From contig JBHGNT010000020.1 of NCBI GenBank assembly GCA_043228905.1, positions 11,842,001 through 11,906,000 of the forward strand: DNA of 64,000 bases, written 5' to 3'. Within the stretch, counting starts at the first letter, position 1. Each line of letters opens with the position of its first letter. Positions 1 to 11,400 of this stretch are shown here, piece after piece. Source of the stretch: Azolla caroliniana (Eukaryota; Plantae; Polypodiophyta). Both the position numbers and the translations under genes were made by a program. The notes beneath the pieces were generated by a model. The model was given only the letters and a program-made list of their open reading frames with translations, was not told the DNA's origin and made no database searches.

Positions 1-3000
1 GAATGCCAAGCACGTGGTGCTTGCTTGAGGCCGTAGAGTGGCTTCTTGAGTCAGCATACAACTTTCGGATGGGTGCTTGAGTTGAAGCCGGGTGGTTGTA
101 TCATGTACACCTCTTCTAATTCGCCTTGGCGTTCTTAACGTCCATTTGAGGAGGTGCCACCCTTTCGCCGCGGCAAGCGCAATTATAGTCCGTACCGTCG
201 TCATCTTTGCCACCGGGGCAAAGGTCTCTTCATAGTCAACTACGTGCGTTTGTGCGTAGCCTTTCGCTACGAGTCGCACTTTGTAGCGGTTGATGGAACC
301 GTCGGTGTTGTACTTCACTTTGTAAATCCATCTGCATCTGATCGCCTTTTTGTGTGGTGAGGTGGGAACAAGATCCCACGTCTCGTTCTTGCGTAGTGCC
401 TGCATCTCCTCGTTCATGGCTTCGATCCATCGCGGATCCTTGGCTGCTTCGGAAAATGTTTCCGGCTCGCATACTGTTGCCACCTTTATCATAAAGGCAA
501 TCTCCGAACATGTCTTCGAGGCAATCTCCACCTTCTCGCTCTTGTTCGGCTGGTTCCGCGTCGATCGGGGTCGAAGTTGGAATCTTCTCTGGTGCGTACT
601 AGGATCCAGATTCATTGAACACGACGTCTCGACTTACTCGAACTTTTCGGGTAGATGGGTTGTAGCATTTGTACCCCTTTTGTTCGAGTGAGTATCCTAC
701 GAGGATACATTTCTCCGACTTTGGATCTAGCTTTTGCCACTTTTCATCGGGTATGTGCACGTATGCTATCGCGCCAAATATCCGGGTGTGCAATAAGTCC
801 GGCTTCTTTCCGAAGTATTTTTCGTGCGGAGTGACCTCATGCACGCCGGATGTTGTGCACCGGTTCATTAGGTAGACGGCCGTATTTGGAGCTTCGGCCC
901 AATATGACTTGGGCATATGCTTCTCGTTTATCATGGCCCCCGCTACTTCGAGGATGTGCCGTTTTTTGCGCTCGGCTACTCCGTTTTGTTGCGGAGTGTG
1001 TCGGCAAGTGAATTCTTGCCAAATTCCTTCCTTTCGGAGATACACCATGAAATCGTCCGAGAAGTACTCCTTGCCGCCATCTGATCGAAGGCATCATACA
1101 TGATGACCAATGGCTTTTTCGACTTCGTTTTTAAACTTTTGGAAGTATCCGAACATTTCGCTCTTATGCCGCATCGGATAGAGCCACGTGTGCCTAGAGA
1201 AGTCATCGATGAAGAGCATGTAATATCGACATTCGCTGAATGTAGCCGTCTGCGCCGGTCCCCATACGTCGGAATGGACTACGTCGAGTAGAACTTTGCT
1301 CACGTTCCGTTCTTTCGGGAATGGGTGTCAGTGTTGCTTGCCGAATTGGCACGCTTCGCATACACCTTCAATCTCCTTCTCTTTGAATGTCGGGAGTCCG
1401 ATGACGACTCCTTTCGATTTCATTGCTTTGAGTTTGTTGAGATTGATGTGGCTAATTCGCTTGTGCCATAGCTCTACGTCGGAGTCTGCTTTCGTGCTTT
1501 TTGCGAACATGGCGGATTTCATCTCGTGTGAATCGAGAATGAACATTCGGCCCTCTCTTCTTCCCCGTAGGATGATTCGGCCCTCTTTTTAAATGAAGCA
1601 CCCTTCTTGGTCGAATCGTACTTGCATCCCTTGCTCAACCATTTGGCCAACCGAGACCAAATTCTTCGTGATGGTGGGAACATGCAAGACATTTTTAATG
1701 TATGTTTGCTTACCTCTTTCGCCGAATGGAACATTGCCGATGTGCTGAATCGGGTGTGTAGTGTCATCTCCGGTTTCGACATAACCGGGTCGCTCCGTCT
1801 CTCAAAGTTCGACAAACCATTCTTTATGAGATGTCATATGGTTTGAGGCTCCAGAGTCAACAAACCATACGTCCTACGGATTGAGGGCACTAGTTGAGGT
1901 AGAGGCCGACATAGAGTTTGCTCTATGTTTCATCATGAACATTCCGCCACGGTCGGAGTTGTGTGCATACATTCCGCTATACTCTTCGTAGTCGGAATTG
2001 TGCGCGTAATTCGTGAGTTGTCGGCTTGTGGAAGCCGATTCGCACATCTTCTTTCGGCATTCTTCTTCGTAGTGGCCGAGCTTTCCGCAATATCCGCATT
2101 CGGTTGCGTTTTCATGGCTCGGGCCGGAGTGGAAGCTCCCCCTTCTTGCAAAGGTTCCTCGTTGGCTTTCGTTTTGCGGCCGAAATTGGGAGTTGTTGTC
2201 GTAGGTCGGACCTCGTCCGCCTTGTCCTTGGCCGAATCGGCCTCTCGCTCGTCCGCGTCCTCTTCCCCCGTTCAAGTGCGTGTAGAGCATGTGGCCTTCC
2301 GACTCATTGCTCCTTGTACACACGTGGTTTTCTTCGACGAATAGCATTGATTGGAGCTCGAAGAAGGAGGGAGATTTCTCCCAGCGGTTCGCATTGCGCC
2401 GAATCGTGGTGCGAGGCCGCCGAGGCATATTTGCACCATCTCATCATCATCGATATTTACGCTTATCGAGCCGAGCGAGTCGCAAAGCTCCTTGATCTTC
2501 AAGGTGTATGTCGTGATGGATATGTCCCTTTGTTGAATGTTGTTCAACTCTTGGCAGGGTTGAAGCCTTCTTGCGGTTGTGTTCGCCGCGAAAATCTTTC
2601 ATAGATTTTCCCATGCCTCCTTTGGCATCTTGGCTTCACGAATGTAGCCGAGCATGTGATCGTGAACACATGTCGCCAAGCAATACATCACGCGGCTTGT
2701 GGCTTGCTCCCATGTCGCGTATCCGGGAGCCGTTTCGATGGGTCGGTCTTCATGCGCTCCTTTGATGTAGCTCCAATAGCCTTGTCCGACAAGGTATTGG
2801 TGCATCTTGTACTCCCAAGATGTGAAGTTGTTTCGATCCAACTTCTCGGTAGGGAGAGTGCTCCCCATTTGAGTATTCATTATGTCGATTCTTCTTCTTC
2901 TTCTTCTTCTCTCTTCGAATGCGAGCTATGTAGCGAAGCTACGATAGCGATGAGCCAGTTCTTGGTCGTCCGCGTAGGACACAACGCACGCCGATGGGCT

Positions 3001-3018
3001 AGATCGAGCTACCAAGTC

Positions 3019-3030
3019 GGTCTGATACCA
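3019..3030 (-). promoter_or_regulatory. Primer binding site (tRNA-iMet type)
   Basis: ggtctgatacca reads TGGTATCAGACC on the minus strand, immediately internal to the LTR. Confidence 0.9.
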
Positions 3031-3443
3031 TGTAAAGAATCAAGAAATGGATTCTGTGCAGCGGGATAGATATGAACTCTCTGTGTGTGTATGTGTGTGT
3101 GTGTGTGTGTGCGTGAGAGAGAGAGAGAGAGAGAGAGACAAGGAGTAAGACACCGAGAATACGCAAGGTTAAGTATATTAACAAAGGAGAAAGACTCAAC
3201 ATCATACAAGGTGGGAGGAGGGTGCTTTATATAGTCACCCTCTCTCTTCATTAACTACAAGACTCATGGAGCATGGGGAATGTGAAAGCTCATAAGTTAT
3301 GTGTCATAGAATATGATTCTATGACTCATACTAAATGCTAAAATACAAAGTGGTGACATAATGGTGACCCTTGACCGTTGGAGTGTCTATTCACTCTCAA
3401 GGTGAGTTCACACACTAGACCAAGTTGAGCTTGATTCTCAACA
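3031..3443 (-). repeat. 5' LTR of the left-edge Copia element
   Basis: Termini TGT...ACA (tgtaaag...ctcaaca), directly abutting the PBS; contains (TG)n/(GA)n tracts and a TATA-like motif. Confidence 0.85.
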
Positions 3444-3623
3444 CATTGAGCACATTGTATGTACAGAGTATTCTTATTTTGAATTAAGTTTTTATTGTTG
3501 TTTGCTCTATCTTTGTCACTCTCTCATCTCATCTCTACGTATACGTAACTGTTATATTTCCAAATAATCGATTACAAGTGTATTTTGTGCTTCACATAAC
3601 GCTTCCGCGCGTAATCTTTTACA
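3444..3623 (+). repeat. 3' portion of a Copia LTR related to the LTRs at 45055/56870, cut on its left by the Copia insertion
   Basis: tgagcacatt..tgtacaga..ttttgaattaagtt and the terminal gcttccgcgcgtaatcttttaca resemble 45340-45513 (gcttccgcacgcaattcttttca). Confidence 0.7.
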
Positions 3624-4400
3624 CTAGGAATGACACCACTATTGCGTGTGAATTAATCTTCATTTTGCTCTTGAGGTTTTGCACGTGCACAACATGAGGC
3701 TCTCTACATTCCAATGGGCATCTCCCTATCATAGAATCTATTGGTGTCCTTTGAATCGAACTGATAGACAAATGGAAAAGTTGGCCTTTACATACCAGTT
3801 TCGTCTTAACAATGTTTTCTCTTATTCGATTCTTCTCGAATGTCAATATGTCTAATGACATCTGTCCTCCAGGAGGAACAACTTCGACTTGTGGCTCCTC
3901 TTCTGAGAACCCCAAGACATCGAGCTCGTCATCATTAGGCTTAACTTGTTTTTGGTACTTCTTATGTTCCAGTTTGGACTTTCCGAGACGGTTTTGGAGG
4001 TGTCTCAGCTTTAGTGATCATCAGCTCCCCGGTGATATAAGGGCGAAGAGCAACAATTAAGTTATTTTTTATTTGTAAGTCTTTACGTAAAATTTTAGGT
4101 GTGGCAACCGTCAGCCACTAAGTTGCCCTCATCAACTCAGACACGTCAATTCCCGCCTGAGCTTTCCACATCCAAGAGAAGAGTGGCAGAATCACTATCT
4201 TCATATTCGAGATTTTGAAGTTTCCCATAAGTGAAAGTCTTGCCTAACTCCAATTTTCCTTTGACTTCACTCTTTGCAAAAATGAAGAGCTATACTTCAT
4301 CTTCCTCGACATAAACTAAGCTCCACTCTAAGTCGGCATGTAGTTTTTCAATTTTTGTTCCGTTGGCTTCTCCTCAACCTGTCTGTTGGTGTTACCTACC
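3624..4400 (-). pseudogene. N-terminal part of a ParB/Srx-like domain protein (probably the missing 5' half of the methyltransferase gene at 7062-9257)
   Basis: ORF 3619-3915 ends CREPHVVHVQNLKSKMKINSHAIVVSFLV, resembling the ParB N-terminal R..HV..L...M..N...P(I/F).V pattern. It is cut exactly at the LTR end at 3623. The decayed upstream frame extends to ~4400. Confidence 0.5.
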
Positions 4401-4469
4401 CATGACTTAGAGGTTCCGTCACATCAAATGCAGTGCATTGGATTGTGTTTGAAAGCACCACAACCTTAA

Positions 4470-4660
4470 GCTTTCAACCACAATGAAAGCATTAGACTTT
4501 CAACCGAATTTCGGTTGAATGCATCAGTCTTTCAACCACATTTCGATGCACTGCATCGGATTTTTGTTGTAAGCACCAGGCTAGCAACGGAAATACGTTG
4601 TGGACATTGGATTTTCTTTGGAAGCCTGGTGCTTACAACAAAATTGTGATGCGGTGCAAG
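4470..4660. repeat. Palindrome and inverted-repeat cluster in the spacer between the ParB-like fragment and the transposase
   Basis: Perfect palindrome TTCAACCGAA-T-TTCGGTTGAA (4499-4519); CTTTCAACC three times; 21-bp perfect inverted repeat TTTTGTTGTAAGCACCAGGCT (4562-4582) / AGCCTGGTGCTTACAACAAAA (4623-4643). Confidence 0.85.
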
Positions 4661-5100
4661 AGACTAATGTTGGTGAAAGTTTAAAAAAGAAAAAAAATTG
4701 GTTGAGAAAAAAAACATCTTTAAGGAATCTTTGGGAATCTTGGTATTTGAGTGAATAAAACATACCTAACCATTTTCTTTCCCTTATTCACGTTGACTAG
4801 TTGGCAACAAAGTGTACGACGAAAATCAAGAGTGCTTGATTGTCTGTGCTCTTGAGCTCTTTACCTTCTTAAGCGTGATAATAACAATGAGGGGAAGACC
4901 TTTCCTTATATAGTAGATTAAAATTTTTAATTTTTTAAAAACAATTATAAATTATAAAAAATGCTAAAAAATAGAAAAAATATTTGATAATTAATAGTTG
5001 TATTTTATGGAGATATATATGGTGATTACCAAATATGTGGTTTATTTTCTAGCAACTCTATTGTTTTTTAACCTTCTTGATCTCAACGAAAATAAGCAAG

Positions 5101-6599
5101 ATGTCCTCCGCTTCTAATAGAATTTCCTTATTTTCTGTTGACCCTTTTACATTATCAAATAACTCCTAATTCTCAATTGATGAGTACAACCACCTAGATG
5201 TTCAAAACGGCCAACGTCAACGGTCGACTTATGATGCTATGCATAGCTCAAACTCACTTTTTTTGATCAAGCCTGTCAATTCTTGTGGTTTCCAAATGAG
5301 CAAAAGGTGTGCAAAAAGTGACAGGGTTGATATATCTAGTGATGAGGCTTGCGTAACTAAACCTCTCATTTTCAAAAGAATTCCTCAACAAGTTAATGTC
5401 AAAAGATTTAACTTTTTGACTTCGGATTGTCAAATTGCATTAGATACAAACAAGTCATGTTGTGGAAGTCTATGTCTTTCTAAATTTGGCAAGACAAACC
5501 TAAGGGTATTATGAGAAAAGTACTTATCACTTAATGGTGAAGAACAAGATAATTTTTTGATTTCGCATGTGCAACTGCTTTTGGATCACACAGTAGCGGC
5601 TAATGCAACACATGTTGAATATTACCTTACACTTTGTAATAAATGTTGTCGAGTTTCTTTCAAAATTGCTTATAGCATTGGTAATATGAGGCTATATCGA
5701 ATTCAACAACGTCTATTAAAGGGATCGTGGGTGCCTTTCGACAAGAATACAACTAGATCTAAGGGTATGATTGGGTGCCATGCTATTAGGTGGATGGAGA
5801 TATATTTCTCAAAGCAATGTGATATTATGCTTACAACAGGAAGATTACATTTGCCAGATAACGTTACTCGTCATGAGGTATACGAAGTGTATAAGAATGA
5901 CATGTTGTTAGAAAGTATACCAAGTTACATACAATATCGACATTTCAATAGATTATGGAGGTTGCAGTTTAACAATATGGTTATACCTCGTAAGGTCCGG
6001 ATGGGTGTTTGTTCAGTTTGTGCAAGTCTAAAAAGCATGGCAAAGAGTGGGAGAAATGATGAAGAAATAAAGAATTATAAGAATCTATTAAAAGAACATC
6101 GTGAAAGTCAAACCTTGGAACGTTCAAAAGCTATGCGCCACCGACAAAAAGCTCTTCAATCACCAGAAAAGTATATGTGCTTGATTATAGATGGCATGGA
6201 TAAGACGAAGACTCGTTTACCACACTTTCAAAGGTTACCTAAAGACATTGGCGATGAATGCCTTGTTCAAATGCATTTAGTATGTTACTTGTCATACTAT
6301 CAGACAATAAGGCATCAAGTCTTCTTAACTTATCCTAATATCTACGATGAACCTAATCTTACAATGACAATCATACAAAGAGTGTTACAGTCTTCGCAAG
6401 GTATCCTCCCACCAATTCTATACGTGCAGTTCAACAACACATCCAGAGCAAACAAAAACTCGTATGTTTTCAATTATTTAAGCATTACTTGCAGAGAATT
6501 GCATATTTAAGAATATTAAGGTGAACTTCTTACTAGTTGGTCATACCCATGATCATATAGATCAAATGTTTAGTAGGTTCTCAAAGAAATTAGCAAGAT

Positions 6600-6600
<1 letters not shown>
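5101..6600 (+). pseudogene. Sola-like / DUF7869-type DDD transposase, decayed and C-terminally truncated
   Basis: One frame from ATG 5101 through ORFs 5239 and 5557 (stops near 5167 and 5512), then a frameshift into 6521. Motifs: CCGSLC, LCNKCCRVSFKIAYSIG, CSVC, CLIIDGMDK (first D), YVQFNNTSRANKN (second D site, here N), NFLLVGHTHDHIDQMFSRFS (third D). Ends at a (CT)n tract. Confidence 0.8.
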
Positions 6601-6650
<50 letters not shown>

Positions 6651-7061
6651 GTGTTCTGAGTCAACCGGGAAAGAAGCTAAAGCCTCCGCTCGCACAGGAA
6701 GCCTCCCGACCAGAGGTTCACTGTTCTGTGTGTGTTCGTGGTGGTTGAAGTTCGAAACTCCGTTGTCGGCCTAGCCCGGTTGTATTCGTCTCTTGGTTAA
6801 TCTATCTTGCTTTTCATTCTATCTGATTGCTCTCTGTGTTGAGTACGCATCTCCTTCGCGTGACTGTTGTCGCTAGCATTAGCCGAGTTCCAAGCCCGTG
6901 TGCTCGTTGTCTGGCATCAGAGAACCCATGCGGACCGGATACTTGACCAGACACCGACCCGGTGAGGATATCCGGACGGACTTCCTACTCCCTCCGGCTC
7001 CTTGGTCTAAGATCCCCGAGGTCTCACCCATTTCGACACATACCCGCGGAAACCCACGACA
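6601..7061 (+). repeat. Partial LTR (3' half) of a Gypsy-type element
   Basis: Starts at (CT)n and is richer in GC than its flanks. Ends ...cccacgaca followed by ACGT, like the Gypsy LTR ends at 43708 and 53080. It occupies the place of the transposase C-terminus and the start of the MTase gene. Confidence 0.6.
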
Positions 7062-9257
7062 ACGTGATTGGAGGATCCCACTTTGGCGAAGCACGACGTC
7101 AACTTGTCAAGGATTATTCTCTTACCCTGTTCTTCAAATATGCAGAATGTAAAGTGTACGTTGGCCTTACACATGAAGAAGCCAAGTTGCTAGCCTGGGA
7201 CCACAATAATGAAAATGACCATAGATAGAAGATGTCATGTATAGAGTGCATCAAGTTCTTTCATCACGAGTTCCTTGATTGCTTGCAAAAATTTGGTCCT
7301 AGGCTACATCCTGGATTGCGACAACAATGTCTGCTTGAAGTGGGGATAGCAGTTGATGAAAGCACAAAGTCTGAAGGCTTGGGGAAGTATGACTCCTGGT
7401 TTCAACTTGCTTTCAGAACATGGGAGGTGTGGAACCTCCAAGATCGAATTTTTAGTATGTGGGAGCGAAAAGAAATAAAGGGTCAAAGATCAAAGAAGGC
7501 TAAGTTGGACCCCCAAGTGGAGATAAATTCTTCTAAGTCACGGAAAAGTAACTTAGTGATTGAAGAATTAGCCGAGGACATGAAGTTGCTTCCTTAGCGG
7601 TCATTGTAAGGGATAAAGGATGATAGATTATTAATATCTGTATTGTCAAGAGTGGCCGCCAAGGAGTTCCACGTGATGAAATGGTGACAGATTTTCAAAA
7701 GTGAGTAATCTATGTGATGATTGTTGTTCATTGGATTGCTTTGTTGATTTTCTCTTTATTCTAACCTTAGTTTCTTTTATTTTTTAGCCATAAGGTTTAT
7801 ATGAAAATACAAGAGCTGATGATGAAAAAGTTGACCCTGCCTACATGGGAAGAAGTAGAGCAATCGTACCCAAAAACATCATCATACAAGGCTCTTGAAG
7901 AATTTTTCATTGTGTTTAGAGAATGCATATGTATGTTTTACGAATATTAATTGATTTTAGGATAATGGGTATCTTCTTACAATACATATAATTGCAGAAA
8001 CCACCTCGCTCAAAGAAAATGGGTGACAACAATGAAGGCATACCAAGCACCTTCATCGCCCATTTGGAATGAACAAAATATGAAAAGCGAATGACAAAAG
8101 GAAAGGAGTTGGAGATGCCTGAAGACTCTGATACTATGAAAAGTATTTTGCACAAGAGTGATCCTTTCCGACAATTGTACTATAGTGTATATAATGGTGA
8201 TGTGGGTAATATGCTTAACATATTATCCAAGAGACATTATACATTGCTCGTCGCGGATATACCGTATGGATTTCGAATAACAGACTCCACATACAATGAT
8301 GTACCATACAAATATCCGCAAATAGAGGAGATGGTAAAAGACTTTGCAGAGCTGACCCTGGCTCCATTATGGCACATCGTAATATTTCATAGTATGGGTC
8401 AGGCTTTATCGGTCACTACTGCATTGAAGTCGAGATGCATGCCACCAAACACATGCATTGGTAAACTTTAAGTTGCTATATATTTAATATATGGCTTCTA
8501 TTGTACTTATGACATATATATTGACTTGTTTCGATTCCATTACAAATAGGGTTAAAACGAACAAAACTCGTACCATGGGGGATCTAATGGTCAGCGTTGT
8601 CGATCATTTGTGTGTGGGGTACTACGACGTTATTTCTAAGAAGAAGGCTCGGGCACATGTGAATGAACGGAACGCCATCAACTGTAACGAAGAAATTGCG
8701 CCATGTGCCTGGCGACAAGTGTCTAGTAAACTTGTATCGAAAGCCCCAACGATTAATTAATCAATTGGTCAAGTTGTTCTCGAACCCTGATGATTGGGTG
8801 CTCGACTTATTCTCTGGAATAGGTATTCTCATAAGTGTGATCAAATTTTCTTAAAATAAAATAGAATCTCCCATCTTTGTTTTCTTACTTTTGCATGTAT
8901 GATTGTTGATTTAGGAACAACGACTGTGTGCGCTCTCAAATTGTACAGGAACTGCGTTGCATTGGAGAATGACCCCTCCCAAGTCAATCTTATTAAGATG
9001 AGGATTCAAGGTATATGGGATTGTCCTGACTAGGACCAAGCAGTTGGGGCAAAGCATATCAATAAAACTGAGATGTTTCAGCTCACCTCCAAAGAATTGA
9101 TGGAACCTATAGACTATGAAGGAACCTTGTTGACCTCAAAGATGTACCGGAGTTTGATCAAAGCCAAGATTCAGCTGAGCAGACAGAACATGTAGATGCA
9201 ACACAACTATCAGCTGATCTTGGAGAGTTGCCAGTTCCAGACCTCCTAATGGATTGA
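7062..9257 (+). pseudogene. Intron-containing ParB-like + beta-class N4-cytosine/N6-adenine DNA methyltransferase (N6_N4_Mtase-like), degenerate
   Basis: ParB-like VIGGSHFGEARRQL...CKVYVGLTHEEAKLLAWDHNNEND (7065-7220). Catalytic motif IV LLVADIPYG (~8243-8270) preceded by VYNGD. Then NLYRKPQRLINQLVKLFSNPDDWVLDLFSGIG, spliced (GT 8823..AG 8914) to TTTVCALKLYRNCVALENDP, giving SAM-binding motifs X/I/II in beta order. Further GT-AG introns at about 7701-7787, 7931-7998 and 8461-8549. Several stops and frameshifts. Confidence 0.8.
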
Positions 9258-9420
9258 ATTGTATAATACTTTGTATTTGTAACTAAAAACTTGTTTTGAA
9301 ATATAAGAACTTTTCATTTGAGTACTATTTTTTTACACTATCCGATTGGTGTCTTGAACTTTATGTGTCTATCATATGCTTGCAAAGGTTGACTTGTAAA
9401 GTATGTGGTTAAGTATATTT

Positions 9421-9972
9421 TGAGAGGAATAACGCGGAATATTGCTCAGCCCCAACCGAGTCTCGAACACTTCTTTAATAATGAAACACAAAAATGGGAA
9501 GTGGAGAGTACACAAAGGAAATACACAGGATGTTTACGTGGAAACCCCTAAATGGGAAAAACCAGGAGAGCCCATGGACTCCAACTATCACTATGGGAGA
9601 AAGGTACAATCAAAGCCTCAGAGGCAACAACCTCGAGTTCTGTATCTTCACCAACCGGCAGTTACAACAGAGTATAGCTTTGTATCTTACTCTCTCTCTC
9701 CCTCTCTCTCTGTCGCTCTGTCTCTATACAACAATATGACAAGAACTACAACTCCTTACAAAGTGATTGCCCTAAGTCATATTTATACTGATATGAACTT
9801 AGGGCTATTTACAAATATAGCCTCAATAGGCTTACTCAAGAAAACATATTTACATATATGTCTCTCTTCTGGTTCTTACCGGCTCTCCTCCGGTTTCCGA
9901 ATCTCTTCCGATTCTCACCAGGTCTTCCTTATTCATCACCGGATCCCATCTAGAGAGACCGATTTCCTAACA
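9421..9972 (-). repeat. Solo LTR, same family as 37530-44141 and 45915-46766
   Basis: Shares gtttacgtggaaacccc, gaggcaac, gccctaagtcatatttatact and ggctatttacaaatatagcctc blocks with those LTRs; TG...CA ends. No clear TSD. Confidence 0.75.
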
Positions 9973-10715
9973 TCTATGTGTTAGAAGAGAATAAAAGAGC
10001 AACATGGCTCACAAAATCTTGGAAGGAGGGGAAAGAGGTGTAAGTTCATGTGAATTAATATAATGATTCACATTTGTTTCCATTTGAGCATGATTTGCGT
10101 GAACTATCGAGTTATAAGTTAATAGTTCAATATATATATATTATTTAAAGATAAGTCATTTAATCTATCTCAAAGTTCATGGGTTCATGACCTATCTTGG
10201 AAAAAACAATCTTTCGATCCTTCATCATTATTTACAGATAGAGTCTCGGTGCTTGTCCGCACACTTCGCGACAACGAAGTCTTCGTTCTTATTGGAAGAG
10301 TTTTGCATGCATATTAAGTTGATGTCAATATCTCTAAAACAAATATTATACTTGTAAAGAGCCAACATAACAATAAACCATGCATTCTATACAAATATTG
10401 AACCACTTGAAAGTGTGAAAAGCATTAATATCGTGGCCTAGAAGTTCCTTTAAATCATAGATGGAATGAATTTGTTACTCATCATTAAGAGGTGGAAAGA
10501 GAGAATATTATGCATTTGAAAAAATATGTAACCATGGAGAAATTAAGTATTACCTTTTCGATAGTTTGGTGACATTGGTGCTTGAGTGGAAATATAGAGC
10601 AACCGCATTACTACGTCCACTTGGAAAGAGTTTGAAAATGTTTACGAGCATTTCCTTACAAAGTTTCTACAAGTCAAGAAACAATCACCATGCACTCTCC
10701 TACTTCTTGAGACAG

Positions 10716-11400
10716 TGTTGTGATGTGGCGGGTCTGAGGGTAACCATATAGGGAAAGGGTTACAACCAAATGGTAAGGTTATAGGTTGTGAATGGAGGGA
10801 TGGAAATTTTGAGTCTTTGTTGGTGCATAAGAAATATTCTTTTGCATTTTTGATGCAAAAAGAGTATGTGAACAATTAACACCGAAAATAAGCACCTCTT
10901 TCTCTATAAAAGGAGGCGAATAGGGCTAATTTGGGTCGTTCATTTTTTAGGGAGTGCATCATTTGTGAGTTAGGGTAGCTTAGAACATCTTCTCTCTTTT
11001 TTCTTTTTTCTTTTTTACTATTCAGATTTTAGGGTTTGCTTCTTATTAAGGTTTTAGGGTTGTGGGTGTCTTCTTGTTATTTCTGAAGAGGTTTGGATTG
11101 TGGAGATCATTCATATTCTTCTTTGGTCTTAGGGTTTAGTGAGTGGTGAGAGATAGAGTGGAGTTAGACCACTTATCCTCCACAGTTTTTTGTTTTAGTA
11201 AGGTTGAGGGCAAGAGGAAAGACCTAAATGGTCATTTTTATTAAAACTACCATTATTGTGTGTGGTATTTGGTGAACCCTAATTCATAAGGTCTTTCTTG
11301 CATAATTGGTTGTATTTTATCTTAATCAAGTGAATGTTGTGTTAATCATGTGTAATTAACTCTAAACTTGCGCTAATCATCCAAAGTGCCAATGTTGTGT
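10716..11400 (+). repeat. Probable solo/partial LTR related to the LTR at 44715
   Basis: Start tgttgtgatgtggc matches tgtcgtgatgtggc at 44715; ctataaaaggagg TATA block shared with ~57380. The right end is not defined. Confidence 0.45.

Larger units (their letters stand above)
1..3443 (-). mobile_element. Ty1/Copia LTR retrotransposon, 5' part (runs off the left edge); decayed gag-pol
   Basis: Minus-strand fragments in Copia order: gag (LPTEKLDRNNFTSWEYKMHQYL, 2599-2880), zinc knuckle CGYCGKLGHYEEEC, protease (DSGASNHM, ~1830-1860), GAG-pre-integrase/integrase (LWHKRISHIN, VHSDVWGP, TPQQNGVAERK) and RT start (<500). Many stops and frameshifts. PBS and LTR at the right end. Confidence 0.95.

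Noticed and set aside
7062-9257. Bacterial contamination or an endophyte contig as the source of the MTase
   Set aside because: The gene has GT-AG introns, is AT-rich like its flanks, and is interleaved with plant LTR fragments.
9972-10300. Search for the right-hand TIR of the Sola-like/MTase element
   Set aside because: No convincing terminal inverted repeat or TSD is visible, and the other end probably lies outside the window.
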